A stretch of 64,000 nucleotides of DNA from contig NC_073396.1 of assembly GCF_028641065.1 (NCBI RefSeq), positions 8,804,001 to 8,868,000 of the forward strand. Reading direction: 5' to 3'. This stretch comes from Leucoraja erinacea. Taxonomy: Eukaryota. The position numbers and the translations under genes are program-made. Shown in pieces: positions 13,801 to 25,590 of this stretch. Numbering within the stretch: position 1 is the stretch's first letter; the number at the start of each line of letters is the position of its first letter. The notes beneath the pieces were generated by a model that saw only the letters and a list, made by a program, of their open reading frames with translations, made no database searches and was not told where the DNA came from.

Positions 13801-16800
13801 CAACATCGGGAACATGTTTCCTGCCTCTAGCATGTCAATACTCTTAATAATCTTATTAACTCACTCTTAATAATTTAAGAGGGAGTTAGATGTGGCCCTT
13901 GTGGCTAAAGGGGTCAGGGGGTATGGAGATAAGGCAGGCACAGGATACTGTTGGATGATCAGCCATGATCATATTGAATGGCGGTGCAGGCTTGAAGGGC
14001 CGAATGGCCTACTCCTGCACCTAATTTCTATGTTTCTATATGTTTCAATAAGATCCCCTCTCATCCTAAATTCCAGAGTATACAAGCCCAGCTGCTCCAT
14101 TCTATCAACATATGACAGTCCCGCCATCCTGGGAATTAACCTTGTGAACCTACGCTGCATTCCCTCAATAGCAAGAATGTCCTTCCTCAAATTTGGAGAC
14201 CAAAACTGCTTTATTTGGGATGAAATTGTAGAATGTGTAATGTGTTGTCTAATGGTGTGGATAAATAATATGGGGAAAAATAACCTCAAATGTGGGAAGG
14301 AAACCATAAGTGGTACAACTAGATTTCTCCTCAAAAGGGCTGGTCTCTGATTTACCATTCTTTGATTGCACACAACAAAATTCAAGTGAAATTTACTAAT
14401 GTTTCTCCGTCATGAAATAATCTACCCATTACTACATTTTATGACAGCACAAAACTAAGTTTAGATTTTACCGTACTTGTTCAAAGTGTGAATTCTACAA
14501 TGTCATCCCAATTTTTGGAGTCCAGTTCCATTCCTAGCATCAGAGCAGAGATCCCAGTGCTTGCAAGAAGTACAATTGATCCTATTAATGAAGCCTTTGC
14601 TCCCTTCGTCTATGTCAAAAGACATGCACTGGACATTGTACCAGATCATTTTATGTTATCCATTCAGGGGCAAAAAGAAAAAGGGCATTAAAATAAAAAT
14701 TGCTGGAAGTTACTTGTTTATTAATATTTTTTAATCTATTAATCTGCTAATGGAAAATCAAATAAAGCAGCCATTTCCTAAACATTCTAACAAAACTATG
14801 GCAGAGCAAACTCATTCCTAGCATACATCAATTGATCTTCACCTCACCACAGAATGTTTAATTATGGTGGAAATCACTTACAAAAAAATTCAGTGCTGTT
14901 AATAAATTCCATAATCGCATCAACGATAGTTACCATGTGGTGGCATTGGCATACCACCTTCTGCAGGTGTATGAAGTGGTATAAATCCTGGTTGTGGCGT
15001 TAGCTCATACGGAGGTGGTCCAACCTCTGGTGGGATAAAATATCCTTGAGGTTGAATGGTGGTAGGAGGAGCAGTAGGAGGCAACATATACCCTGCAGAA
15101 ACTAAACAAATCTGCATTGTAAATTACTGTAATGTAAAAATCAACAAATTGTCAATCACAAATTCTTTATCTAATGTCCAAATCTCTTACAGTATTTACT
15201 GTAAGACAGTTCATTTTGAAGCCATCAATAAAATACTACCTATATTATTTTAGGGCAGATCTTATATCTTTGTGTTGCTCCAATTTGCCATACTCTGAGA
15301 ACGATTTCTGTTCAACATATGGATAAGCAGTTGGAATAAACACTGATGCAAGTGAATCTCTTCGTGAGCCCTGCCTGAAATGTTGTCTTTATCTTTGGTA
15401 TAGGAAGAAGTGACCCGACCCGAAACATCACCTATTCATTTTCTCCAGAGTTGCTGCCTGACCCACCAAGTTATTTTGCATCTATATTCAACCTGAAATA
15501 CTATTGCACATATTCAAACTCAGGATCTGCCTTTCCACCCAGAACAAGGTATTAAAGAGATAAATGGAACAATATATTTACTTATTTACAATAAAATAAA
15601 GATTGGTTGTTTAATCTATAATAAAATAAAGATACATCAAAATGGTAAAATACAGATTAGGAAACCAGTATAAAATGTTCAGAACAGTTACATCCATTTG
15701 AAAATAAACTTTCACTTCTAACTTCAACTTCTGCAATGATCACTTTCAGTTCCTTTAGGCTGTGGGCCGAGCATCAAAAATGTGTCTAGAAATATGATTT
15801 TGTGACCCAAGTCACCAAACTACATGAAATTTTCACATATTGTGTAAAAATTTTTATATAAATCACCCCTGAAACTCGATATGAAGAAGACTTGCACATT
15901 TTAATTAAATTAGAGAAAAACCGGAAAAATGTCGGGAATTTTTTAGTCCAATCAAAGCACTTTTAACATTGAGTTGTCTGCCAGTTGGCCAATCACGCGC
16001 TTTGTTTCAGGCTAGCACACAAAATGGCTGAGGGGGCTTCACAGATGCCTGTTTTACTGGAGATTCCGATTTGTTGTTCTGTGGAATAAATGTCGTGGAA
16101 ACTTGCAGCGGGTTAATTGTATTTAGTGGGAAAAGCATTAAAAAGGCTGAAGAAAGTGCTGCGGTGGATTAAAGTGCAAGAAAGCCTTCAAAGTCCCTGC
16201 TGATGTGCTGGAACACAAAGAAGGCCCCCATGAATCAACTCTAACTGAAAGGTAAGACTAAAGTCTGAATTTTTGAAAATCTATCTGTATGGACTTTAAT
16301 TAATTTAATTGCACCCTTTTATAATGTGAATAATAACATTTATTCCACATATTTATTCACATTATAAAAGGGTGCAATTAAATTAATTAAAGTCCATACA
16401 GATAAATTTTCATAAATTCAGACTTTAGTCTTACCTTTCAGTTACAATATGTACAATATAGTTACATATTTTACAATATGTAAAAATTTCATGTAGTTTG
16501 GTGACTTGGGTCACAAAACTGCATAATAAAGCTCCTCGACCCACAGCAAGATATTTAATTATATTGTTTTTTGTATGCCAGTAGAAGAGTCTAATTTCAT
16601 TACACTGTTAGTCAGGATACATTTTTTTTTTAAGAAGAGACCCAACCGGAAACGTCAGATCCATTTTCTCCAGAGATGCTGCCTGACCCGCTGAGTTACT
16701 CCAGCATTTTGTCCACATATTTGATATAAAGCAGCACCTGCAGTTCCTTTACATTACATATTGGATTTGTACCTGTTTGTGCAGATTGTCCTCCCTTCTC

Positions 16801-16857
16801 TTCAAGCAGTGGAGCAGAAGGCCCCCCTGGGTATGGAGGAGGTGGTTCTTCTGACAT
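7775..16857 (-). CDS. CDIP1: Cell death-inducing p53-target protein 1 (LITAF family), complement(join(7775..7886,8894..9176,14934..15092,16773..16857)), 212 aa
   Basis: N-terminus [21 protein letters not shown], a Pro-rich region with PPPY motifs, and a C-terminal LITAF domain (CPHC...hydrophobic segment...HTCPNC...YKRVC*). Exons 85+159+283+112=639 nt with consistent phases. Confidence 0.95.
8894..9176 (-). CDS. CDIP1: CDIP1 coding exon 3
   Basis: [13 protein letters not shown]...[47 protein letters not shown]; donor GTAAGT. Confidence 0.95.
9203..9752 (-). mobile_element. CR1 LINE 3' fragment
   Basis: [11 protein letters not shown]...RRFTRLIPG...[11 protein letters not shown]2 tail plus the shared 3' UTR GAAGGGCCGAATGGCCTAC. 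Confidence 0.85.
9793..10097 (-). mobile_element. HE1-like V-SINE
   Basis: Reverse-complement copy. Confidence 0.78.
10363..10416 (+). ncRNA. Minimal HDV-like (CPEB3-type) self-cleaving ribozyme fold
   Basis: P1 GGGGTGG/CTGCCCT with G1-U wobble; P2 GATTGCA/TGCAATC; P3 ACC/GGT; L3 TTCACGT; no real P4; J4/2 CTAA. Confidence 0.75.
10363..10501 (+). mobile_element. Short non-autonomous non-LTR retroelement with 5' HDV-like ribozyme and (GAA)n tail
   Basis: Flanked by ATG(C/A)TATGTGCT (10350-10361 / 10502-10513); tail AAAAGAAGAAGAAG; interrupts a decayed V-SINE. Confidence 0.7.
11181..11405. mobile_element. PIF/Harbinger-like MITE
   Basis: TIRs AGGGCCTGTTCCAC / GTGGGACTGGCCCT with TAA on both sides; sits in a decayed CR1 RT fragment ([10 protein letters not shown]). 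Confidence 0.75.
11571..11846 (+). mobile_element. HE1-like V-SINE
   Basis: Same family, with internal deletions. Confidence 0.78.
13515..14210. mobile_element. Nested CR1 fragments: a plus-strand 3' end (~13873-14040) inside a minus-strand copy
   Basis: The minus copy breaks at ...CTTAATAATCTTAT and resumes at ATGTTTCAATAAG after the inserted plus-strand tail. Confidence 0.75.
14934..15092 (-). CDS. CDIP1: CDIP1 coding exon 2
   Basis: [53 protein letters not shown]; ttctgcag acceptor, GTAACT donor. Confidence 0.92.
15759..16547. mobile_element. Non-autonomous TIR element of unassigned superfamily with internal 92-bp hairpin
   Basis: Ends GCTGTGGGCCGAG / CTCGACCCACAGC; ~36-bp subterminal inverted repeat TTTGTGACCCAAGTCACCAAACTACATGAAATTTT. 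Confidence 0.65.
16773..16857 (-). CDS. CDIP1: CDIP1 first coding exon
   Basis: [28 protein letters not shown]; acceptor just upstream (exon starts 16863); donor GTACAA. Confidence 0.93.
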
Positions 16858-16999
16858 TGTCCCCTGCAGATGATTAAAATCAAAATCAGAACTCCAAAAT
16901 CATGCAACTTCAAATGGAAGTTCAGTCAATACCCAAGAGGCCCTTCAAAACAAAGTATATGTTGGTCCCTGGAAGAGACAATGCTGTCATTCCCATTAC

Positions 17000-17232
17000 A
17001 CTAACACTATCTACACACTAGAGACAATGTACAATTTTACCAAGCCAATTTGTACAATTTTACCAAGCTAATTAACATACAAACCTGTACGTCTTTGGGA
17101 TGTGGGAGGAAACCTGATCACCTGATGCAGTCACAGGGAGAATGTACAAACTCCGTACAGACAGCACATGCAGTCAGGATCGAACCTGGGTCTCTGACGC
17201 TGTGAAGCAGCAACTCTACCGCCGTGCCGCCC
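17000..17232 (-). mobile_element. HE1-like V-SINE (3' truncated)
   Basis: Reverse-complement copy. Confidence 0.75.
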
Positions 17233-17544
17233 CAGTTCTGCAAATTAGATACTCAATTACCTATTCCATCCCCATTTTTTAAAACCTCAAATACTTGTCT
17301 CCACGCCCTATGTGACAGTAAGTCTAAACCACAACTATCTGCGTTTAAAAATAAATTCCCACATCCCTTTTAAATACAACATCTGGCCCCAGCTATTGAC
17401 CCATCTGCTAACAGGAACATCTCCCTCTACACATCCAGTCTAAACATTTCCTGATCTAATACACTATTAAACACCTCTCTCTGCATTCCTTGCTCTAAAG
17501 GAGAATAATCCCAGTTTGTGCAATCTAACTTGTTAGTAAAATCT

Positions 17545-17830
17545 GTTGGATGTCCTACAGTTCCTCCCAATTGGTAAGAGTCAAAGGCTTTAGTGAGGTC
17601 AAGGACAGCCATGTGCTGACGCTGATAAACCTTCCTGCATTTTCCTGTACTTGCTGCACAAGAAAACTTGCCCAATGTGCATTGGGGTAGACAGAGTCCA
17701 TACTATGAATCTGGCAGCAACTCTTCAGGTAGTGGGAGGTGGTAGGACTCCAGCACTTTCTTGAAGTTGGTCCTGTTTACACACCTAAAGTTCCCTTGTA
17801 ATTCATGTCTCGGAAGAGGACTGGATTCCC
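17545..17830 (-). mobile_element. Decayed RTE-clade LINE RT fragment
   Basis: Minus-strand remnants ...ELLPDS..., KCRKV...MAVLDLTKAFDS resemble RTE RT motifs. Confidence 0.55.
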
Positions 17831-18498
17831 CCACAAATGTATCTCTGACTACACTGTTAGAAGGATGTGATGGACTGAAATGCAGACTCAGTTAATGCAC
17901 TTTGTGAAAAGATAAAGGGTATTAGATAGCATGGAAAAGAATTATGGCAAGGAGTGACTTCAACTATGAAAAGTTATAATGGAAAGACCGGGTTTGATAT
18001 CTGTGCAATGAAAGGAGGATATTTGATAGGTGCACAAGATTATGAATATTTGTTTTCTAAACTAACTAAAAGTTAAGCCCATTGGAAGACCATTCAAGGA
18101 CCAACACATAGATTAAAAAAATTATGGAATGAAGAGGAGAAATTATTTTACATCGACTCCTGGAACTCACTTCTGATTCTATTTCAACTACCTTTTGCAA
18201 TCAGGCCTTTCAAAAGGGGAATTGGATTAGTACTTGTGGGAAAACAATTCAAGTTGAGGGGGGGTGGGGGGAATAAAATACGACTGATAGAATTTCTCTT
18301 CTAGGAACCAACATTATCCTTTGTTGCTGTAACCTTTTTATCAGGCAACCATTTGTAATGCTCATGATAACATTTGAAACTAACATGTACATCTTAACAC
18401 AAATTATTACATTTCCATCACACACATTTAATCTTTTAATGCCTTACAAAAATAAAGATTAGATACATTACTTTATCAGAGAACTACATGTGCATCAG

Positions 18499-19208
18499 CG
18501 GAGCTGCCAACTCTCACGCATTGAGTGTGAGACTCACGCATTTCGCCAAATTCTCACGCTCTCACGTCAGATATGGGGCTTTATGCGTGAACCAGATTTA
18601 TTGTCAGTCCGGAGTGGCTAGGAGCAAGGCCAAGTGTGCATCCAGAGTCAAGGTCTGGAATAGTACTAGGTGTGCAGTTAAAGCTAGGACAGTGGGAAGG
18701 TTCAGCACTGGGAACCTAAGCAGGTAAGCAGCTATGATCAGGGTAGAATAGGGGGCCAGGTGTAAGGCTGGACTCAGGGTCAGGAATGAGAGAAGGTATG
18801 CAACTGGAGTCAGGGTCAGGAGTAAGACCAGGTGTACCCAGGTCGGTCATCATGGGCCAAGTGCTTGATTATAATCAGATTTCTATACATGAATACACTA
18901 AGATCATTCATGTGCTGCACCTGTTGATCAGAGCCTGGCTCTACTGTGGAATGTAATTAGGAATGTAATTTAGCCTAACCTTATTCATAGCTAATCCAAT
19001 TTAAAGCATAAATATTGAATTCAAGTGCAAGTTAAAAGACTCGCTCCAGTATGCACCAGATTACACAATTTCAAGCTGAAAAATGCAAAAGCTCCGTACC
19101 AATAGCTCCGTACCCCCCCCCCCCCCCCCCCCCCGGTTGCTAGGCTCCCTTGGGTTTGGTCTCTTGCAATTTCTCACTCCCAACTCTCACCCAATGTTGG
19201 CAGCCCTG
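18499..19208. mobile_element. Non-autonomous DNA transposon, hAT-like TIRs, 6-bp TSD
   Basis: CGGAGCTGCCAAC ... GTTGGCAGCCCTG flanked by CATCAG; degenerate ~30-bp internal repeats at 18610-18840. Confidence 0.65.
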
Positions 19209-19649
19209 CATCAGTTTAAGCTATTGTCTTTATTTTTTTTTAAACAAGGCATAGTGGTGATCTGGGAGCAATAAAAAAAATCAGAATCTGTGTTTATTTT
19301 TCATGAGAAACTGTGGAAATAATTGATAAAAATAAACTGCCTACATGTCATATGTGCTGCAAAGCAACATTCTCTGGGTTGTGTTTACTGAGAGTTATAT
19401 AATATTGTTTAAAGAAATGTTTTTACATGCAGGTTTTATTCAATTTTACATTGAATAGAATTAACAATGAATTTCTCTCAAAGGGAAGATGTTTTATAGG
19501 TAGACAAATATGCTGGAGAAACTCAGCGGGTGAGGCAGCATCTATGGAGCGAAGGAAATAGGCAACGTTTCAGGTCAAAACCCTTCTTCAGACTGATGTG
19601 AAGGTGGAGGGTGTGGGAAAAAGAAAGGAAGAGCAGTGGGCTGAGGAGA

Positions 19650-19892
19650 AACATAGAAACATAGAAATTAGGTGCAGGAGTAGGCCATTCGGCCCTTCGA
19701 GCCTGCACCGCCATTCAATATGATCATGGCTGATCATCCAACTCAGTATCCCGTACCTGCCTTCTCTCCATACCCCCCTGATCCCCTTAGCCACAAGGGC
19801 CACATCTAACTCCCTCTTAAATATAGCCAATGAACTGGCCTCAACTACCCTCTGTGGCAGAGAGTTCCAGAGATTCACCACTCTCTGTGTGG
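19650..19892 (-). mobile_element. Young CR1 3' end inserted into a Penelope-like 3' fragment (19500-20090)
   Basis: (CATAGAAA)n tail; near identity to 33240-33486. Confidence 0.8.
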
Positions 19893-22119
19893 GGGAAAAA
19901 AAAAAAAAAACTGAGAAGGGGAGGAAAAAGTAGGGACTACCTGAAATTAGAGAAGTCAATTTTCATACCACTGGAGTGCAAACTGACCAAGCGAAATATG
20001 AGGTGCTGCTCCTCCAATTTACAGTGATCCTCACTGGCCCTGGAGGAGGCCCAGGACAGAAAGGTCGGATTTGGAATGGGAGGGGGATTCATTCATACTT
20101 TATACTTCATGAATACTTCATTCATTCATCATCGTTGAAAACATTAGCAACGTAGTGGTGCTGGTTTCCAACGGGAATGGTGACGGACGCACCACACATC
20201 TGTCCTCCAGTTCTTGCAGACTTCCGCCACTGGAAGTATAGGATTTTGGTATGTGTGCTTTATCATCATTCCTTACAATGCAATGTACGACAGTAATCGC
20301 AACTTTTACCGAAGTTTAGATGGCCGTTGGCTCGCTAGAAGCTCATCCGCCCTTTGACAGGTCTTGTTTTTGGTCCTGCTGGGGGTTCACAGCCCCCTCC
20401 TTACCTGGCAAACCAGGTGGGGGAGACGGTTTGGTAGCCAACTATCCGACCATGGAGCACATATATACACAACCTGGCATTCATTTTCCTCAGCATAAGA
20501 CTGCAAAATAAATCTTCATCTGGAGTCCATTTTAGAACCAAATTATATTTGGCTTGCATATTTGCTTCTCATGGCAGACTTTCAGCAACTGATCAGGCAT
20601 AGAGAGAATAGCAGCTTTGTCCCAAATCTTACTTTGTTTGACTTGAGTTACCCAAGCAGGAAAGGAGGAAATGTACATCACACACGATGCCTTGGGAAAA
20701 TTCTATCATCCACTTAAAGTTTTGAAATATGAAACAGGATTTACTAGGAACAGCAATATTTACCATCCATCCCTACTTGTCCTGGTACCAAATAGAGTCG
20801 AGCTACCTTGAATCAATGCATAAAACAAAGTGCTGGTGATACTCAGTCAAGACCCTTTTTCAGTTGCCCCACTACTCCAGACTGAAAGAGCCAGACAGAC
20901 AGGAGGTCTGAAGTGTCCTGACCTGAAACGTCGTCTGTCCATTCCCTCTACAGATGCTGCTTAATGGCTGAGTTCCTCCAGTTCTTTCTTTTTTTGCTCA
21001 AGATTTCAACATCTGCAGTCTCTTTTGTCTTTGCCTTGAATCAATGCATTTCGTGTTACAAAGATATCTGAACTTGCCATATCTCTCTTTGGAAGGAGTT
21101 TCAGAATTTTGACCAGGTGAAAAGAGCCAAGCTGTCCAATTAATGGCTGCATTATTTCACCCTATTATAGATATTCCTCTTCTCCCACCTATTTCTGCCC
21201 ATTCCCTTCTTCTCTGCTACTTAGACTAACTTGCTTTCACTTCTCAGTTCTGATGGTTGCTCTGAAAAATTTACTGTTTCTCTTTCGATTACTTTTCATT
21301 CATTGTCTTTATCTTACAGATTTCTATCATCTGCAGTTTGTGCTTTCATTTTCATTTTAGGTCCAAATTAAGCTTTCTTTACCAGCACTCAGCAGGCGAA
21401 GAGTTATGAAGGGACCAAAACATTGTAACCAAGAGCAAATATCATCATAGATAGACACAAAATGCTGAAGTAACTCAGAAGAACAGGCAGCATCTCTGGA
21501 ATGATTCAGGAAAGTAATTCTAAAGAGTTTAAAAACAAGGTCACCATTTGAATGAGACCAGAGTGGTTTAGATAACCCAGACCCTGGATTACTTTTAATT
21601 ATTGATTTTTAACTATGCCATCATCCTGCATTTTCCTTCTGATGGTGAGGGGCTGCTTTCTAGAACTGCATGAGAAGATGTAGTCCAGTCTTTTATCATC
21701 CTACACTAGTAATGACACGATAGGTGCACATCAATGGATACAAAGAATGCATTTTCCGGACCATGAAATAAAGCTGTTTGGAGTAATATGTTTTTCTTCG
21801 GTGATGAGGTCATACACAGAGGAACTGCCAAAGATGCCTGAGCAAGATGCCACAGTTCTGCAGAAATCACACACTATAAATACATCACACCACTGGTGCC
21901 AGCAGTGAATGAGCTACTTTCACAATGGTGTCACCTTTTATTGTTGTTACAACTACAGCCATGCTGACCAACAAAGATTATTCCACCATATTTCTTTCTG
22001 GTACCATGCAGGCAGCAGAGAGAATTCCCATAACCATGGGCAACCAATTCCATCCCCTGCCCATTTTTAAACTAACCTTATTCATTGATCATGAAGGTTT
22101 TGCTCTGGACAACAATGAT

Positions 22120-22422
22120 TAGTTTAGTTTAAAGGCACAGCAGGGAAACAGGTTCTTCAACCCACCAGGTTCATGCTGACCATCGATCACCTGTTCACTC
22201 CAATTCTATGTTACCCCACTTTCTCATCCACTCCCTACACACTAGAGGCAACTTAGACACCAATTAACCTACAAACCTGCACGTCTTTGGGATGTGGGAG
22301 GAAACCGGAGCATCCAGAGGAAACCCACAAGTTACAGGGAAAATGTGCACTCCACACAGACAGTAACAGAGTCTCTAGTACTGTGAGACAGTAATTCTAT
22401 CCACTGCATCACTGTGCCACCC
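22120..22422 (-). mobile_element. HE1-like V-SINE
   Basis: Reverse-complement copy. Confidence 0.75.
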
Positions 22423-24029
22423 AAATGTCACATTTAGCAATGTAACTAAAAACCATAAAGTATTAAAATAACTGAAAAGCCTTGTGTCTTGCTAACTCAA
22501 AGTGCAATACAAAAGGTTCTCAATTATATAGCATTTGTCAATCCACAGAATATCCCAAGGTACTTCACTGGCTGTAAAACTAATTGTTACAAGACAATTT
22601 TGTAAATTGTCATTTTTATAATGTGCAAATTACAGGGCTTTAACACAGTAAAACATCCCATTGCTGCCTAACCCTCTGAGTTACTCCAGCATTTTGTGTC
22701 TATCCCAAGGCACTTCACAGGACAACATGCCACATAAAGGAGAACATTGGCTTAATGGTAATACTTTTAGTAATATATATACTGAAGGATAAAGTAGAAG
22801 AATGATTCAGGAAGAGTTCCAGAGCCCAGCCAAGTCTACTCTGCCATTCAATCATGGCAGATCTATCTCTCCCTCCTAATCCCATCTTCTGTGTTCTCCA
22901 CATAACCCTTGACACCCGTACTAATCAGGAGATTAAAATACAGTGAAGAAATATGTCATGGAATAATTTTAAAAGCAGGCTGTTCTTTTTCTAAGTTTCA
23001 TCTCCACATTGCGAAAAGCTTCAATGTAGGTTCATAAGCCAAAGGCTGTTAGATGGATGAGGCATGATGCAATTGGGACAGTATCAGCAGTTTAGAATAA
23101 GCATGCTGATGAATGGTGCTGAAGAGGATAGCAGGGAGAACTGGGTATTCCAGATCAAAGAATGCAAAAGCAATATGTAGACCTCATATCTTCATAAATT
23201 ATAGGAGCAGAATTAGGCCATTCGTCCCATCATGACTATTTCGCCATTCAATCGTAGCCGATCTATCTTTCCCTCTCAACCACATTCTGCTAATTTTTCC
23301 CCATAACCCTTACAAATTAGACCTCTGCTAAAAGCACCAACGTCCTACTTTTTCAATCCTACAATTTAAATACCTTATCAACCTAGATGTAGAATTGAAA
23401 CTAAAGGCAACATTGTAATTTAAAAAGTTAATTGAAGATCTTCATGAAACTGTGAAAGTACCCGATATGTGCAGCATTTAAATCAACCACAACATCCACA
23501 AAATAATCATTTCACTTAGTGATTGTAACTCCGCATTTAAATGTCACATTTAGGATGTATTAGAACATCTGCAGCTATTAAATGGACTGTCAACTCATGT
23601 GTTAAATGAAGTGACGCCTGGAATTAGCTATATAAAATACAAAAAATATGATTTTCAAACATAGTGCAAATATACTGCAATTAATAACTGCTGCACACCA
23701 AAAAAAAACTCCTGGCTCTTCATTCTTGCATTCGCGTGGCACAACATCTCATAGCATTTGATATTTTAATTAAATATTCAAACTCCAGAATCTCAAGTAC
23801 AGAGGTTGGCTTCTAATTGGAGACACCAGTGATTTCAGATACTGAAATCTTGAGCAAAAGAGCTGGAGGAGTTGCTGCCTGTCCCTCTGAGTTACTCCAG
23901 CATTTTGTGTCCATATTCGGTGTAAACCAGCAACCAGTCCCTTCACTACAGAATATAAAGAATGTATTGCCTAGTCGAGTCCCAGTCACTTGCAAGGCCC
24001 AGACACTTCAAAGGTCTTGTCATAAGGCA

Positions 24030-24430
24030 GAGGCGAGTGGTGTGATGGGAGGATGGGAGATGTAGTTCAACCAGTCGCGCTGCTGGCCGGGAAGTCACGG
24101 GGACCACGTGACCAGTGGGACTACAACTCCCACAATGCCCCGCCGGCAAAACAAACCCTGACATGGAGAAGATAACGCGACCGTTCTCCTCAGCATCAAC
24201 GGTCGGCTAATCGCATCGCGGATTCGGTAAAACAAAAAGGAAGCAAGTTTCCCCCCCCCCGCCCGCTTATTTATAAACTGTCTTTCTATGTAAGGATACG
24301 GACCTCTCCGGGCGTCCACAGCCGCCGCCGCCGTCGTGTGAGTCGTCGTGGTGTGAGCGGAAGATTCTGTCGCCGCCGCTCCACCGCAGCCGCAGGGCAG
24401 CAGCCGCGCATGCGCCGCTGCCAGGAACCA
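24030..24430 (-). promoter_or_regulatory. CDIP1: CDIP1 CpG-island promoter and probable non-coding first exon (~24304-24400)
   Basis: CpG-rich island with an NRF1-type GCGCATGCGC (24406-24415), ZNF143/THAP11-type ACTACAnnTCCCA motifs (24120-24140 and reverse 24054-24066), a GTCACGTG E-box on the minus strand (24105-24112), and a candidate minus donor GAG|GTCCGT at 24303. Confidence 0.65.
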
Positions 24431-25271
24431 CTAACTCAGCAGAGTTAAGCCGTCAAATTCCCAGTCCCGTTACTTTAGCATAAACACTTCCCCCTCCAGC
24501 CCAGCAATTACGATCATAATCAAATGCCAACTGCTGACCTTTAGTTTGGGAGGGGAGGATGGGAGAGGAGAGGAGAGAGGAGGAGAGAGGAGGAGAGGAG
24601 GAGGAAGAATTGTAATTCTATCTGCCATTCTAAATCTTCATTTGGTCTTGTGTGGCTGGATTGCAAACAAGGTCAACATCCCACTTTGGGGGCATGACCA
24701 TTGAATCCTCCCACTTTGCTGTGTTCAAGTTTAAGTGAGTTTATTGTCATGTGTCCCTCTATAGGACAATGAAATCCTTGCTTTGCTTCAGCACACAGAA
24801 CATAGTAGGCATTTACTACAAAACAGATAAGTGTGTCCATATACCATGATATAAATATATACACACACGCTAATTGTCCTTGAAAAAGTGCTGGAGAGCT
24901 TTCCTTCTTCGACTATACTGCAGGGCTATACTATACAACGCTGCTAGGAGTAAGGAACTTTGTGTGGGGAAAAACAACCGATTTCTTTGCAATTAAGGAA
25001 TATTGTGTAAATTGTAGGAAATGCTGATGGCTGCTAATGTGGCCGCACCTCTTGTCCTTCTGGTTGTAAAAGCCCTGGGTTTGGAAGGTATCAACAACTT
25101 GGCCATGGGGAGTTGTTGCAATGCATTTTGTACGGGGTACACAATGTAACCATAGTTCGCCAATTGGAGTAAATGTTCAGGGTCGCAGATGAGGCACCAA
25201 TCATAGAGTTATACAGTGTGGAAACAGGTCCTTTGGTCCAACTTATCCACACCGGCCAACATGTCCTATCA

Positions 25272-25590
25272 AAGGTACACAAAAATGCTGGAGAAACTCA
25301 GCAGGTGCAGCAGCATCTATGGAGCGAAGGAAATGGGCAACGTTTCAGGCCGAAACCCTTCTTCAGACTGATGGGGGGTTGGGGGAGAAGAAAGGAAAAA
25401 GGAGGATGAGGAGCCCGAGGGCTGAGGGATGGGAGGAGACAGCCCGAGGGCTGAGGAAGGGGAGGAGACAGCAAGGGCTAACAAAATTGGGAGAATTCAA
25501 TGTTCATGCCCCCAGGATGCAGACTCCCCAAGCGGAATATGAGGTGCTGCTCCTCCAATTTCCGGTGTTGCTCGCTCTGGCCATGGAGGA
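25272..25590 (-). mobile_element. Penelope-like 3' end with hammerhead core
   Basis: The minus strand encodes ...KLEEQHLIFRLGSLHPGGMNIEFSQFC and then the terminal repeat; nearly identical to 44533-44812. Confidence 0.8.

Noticed and set aside
20310-20460. Third HDV-like ribozyme candidate
   Set aside because: Hairpins are present, but no P1/P2/P3 nested order could be assigned on either strand.
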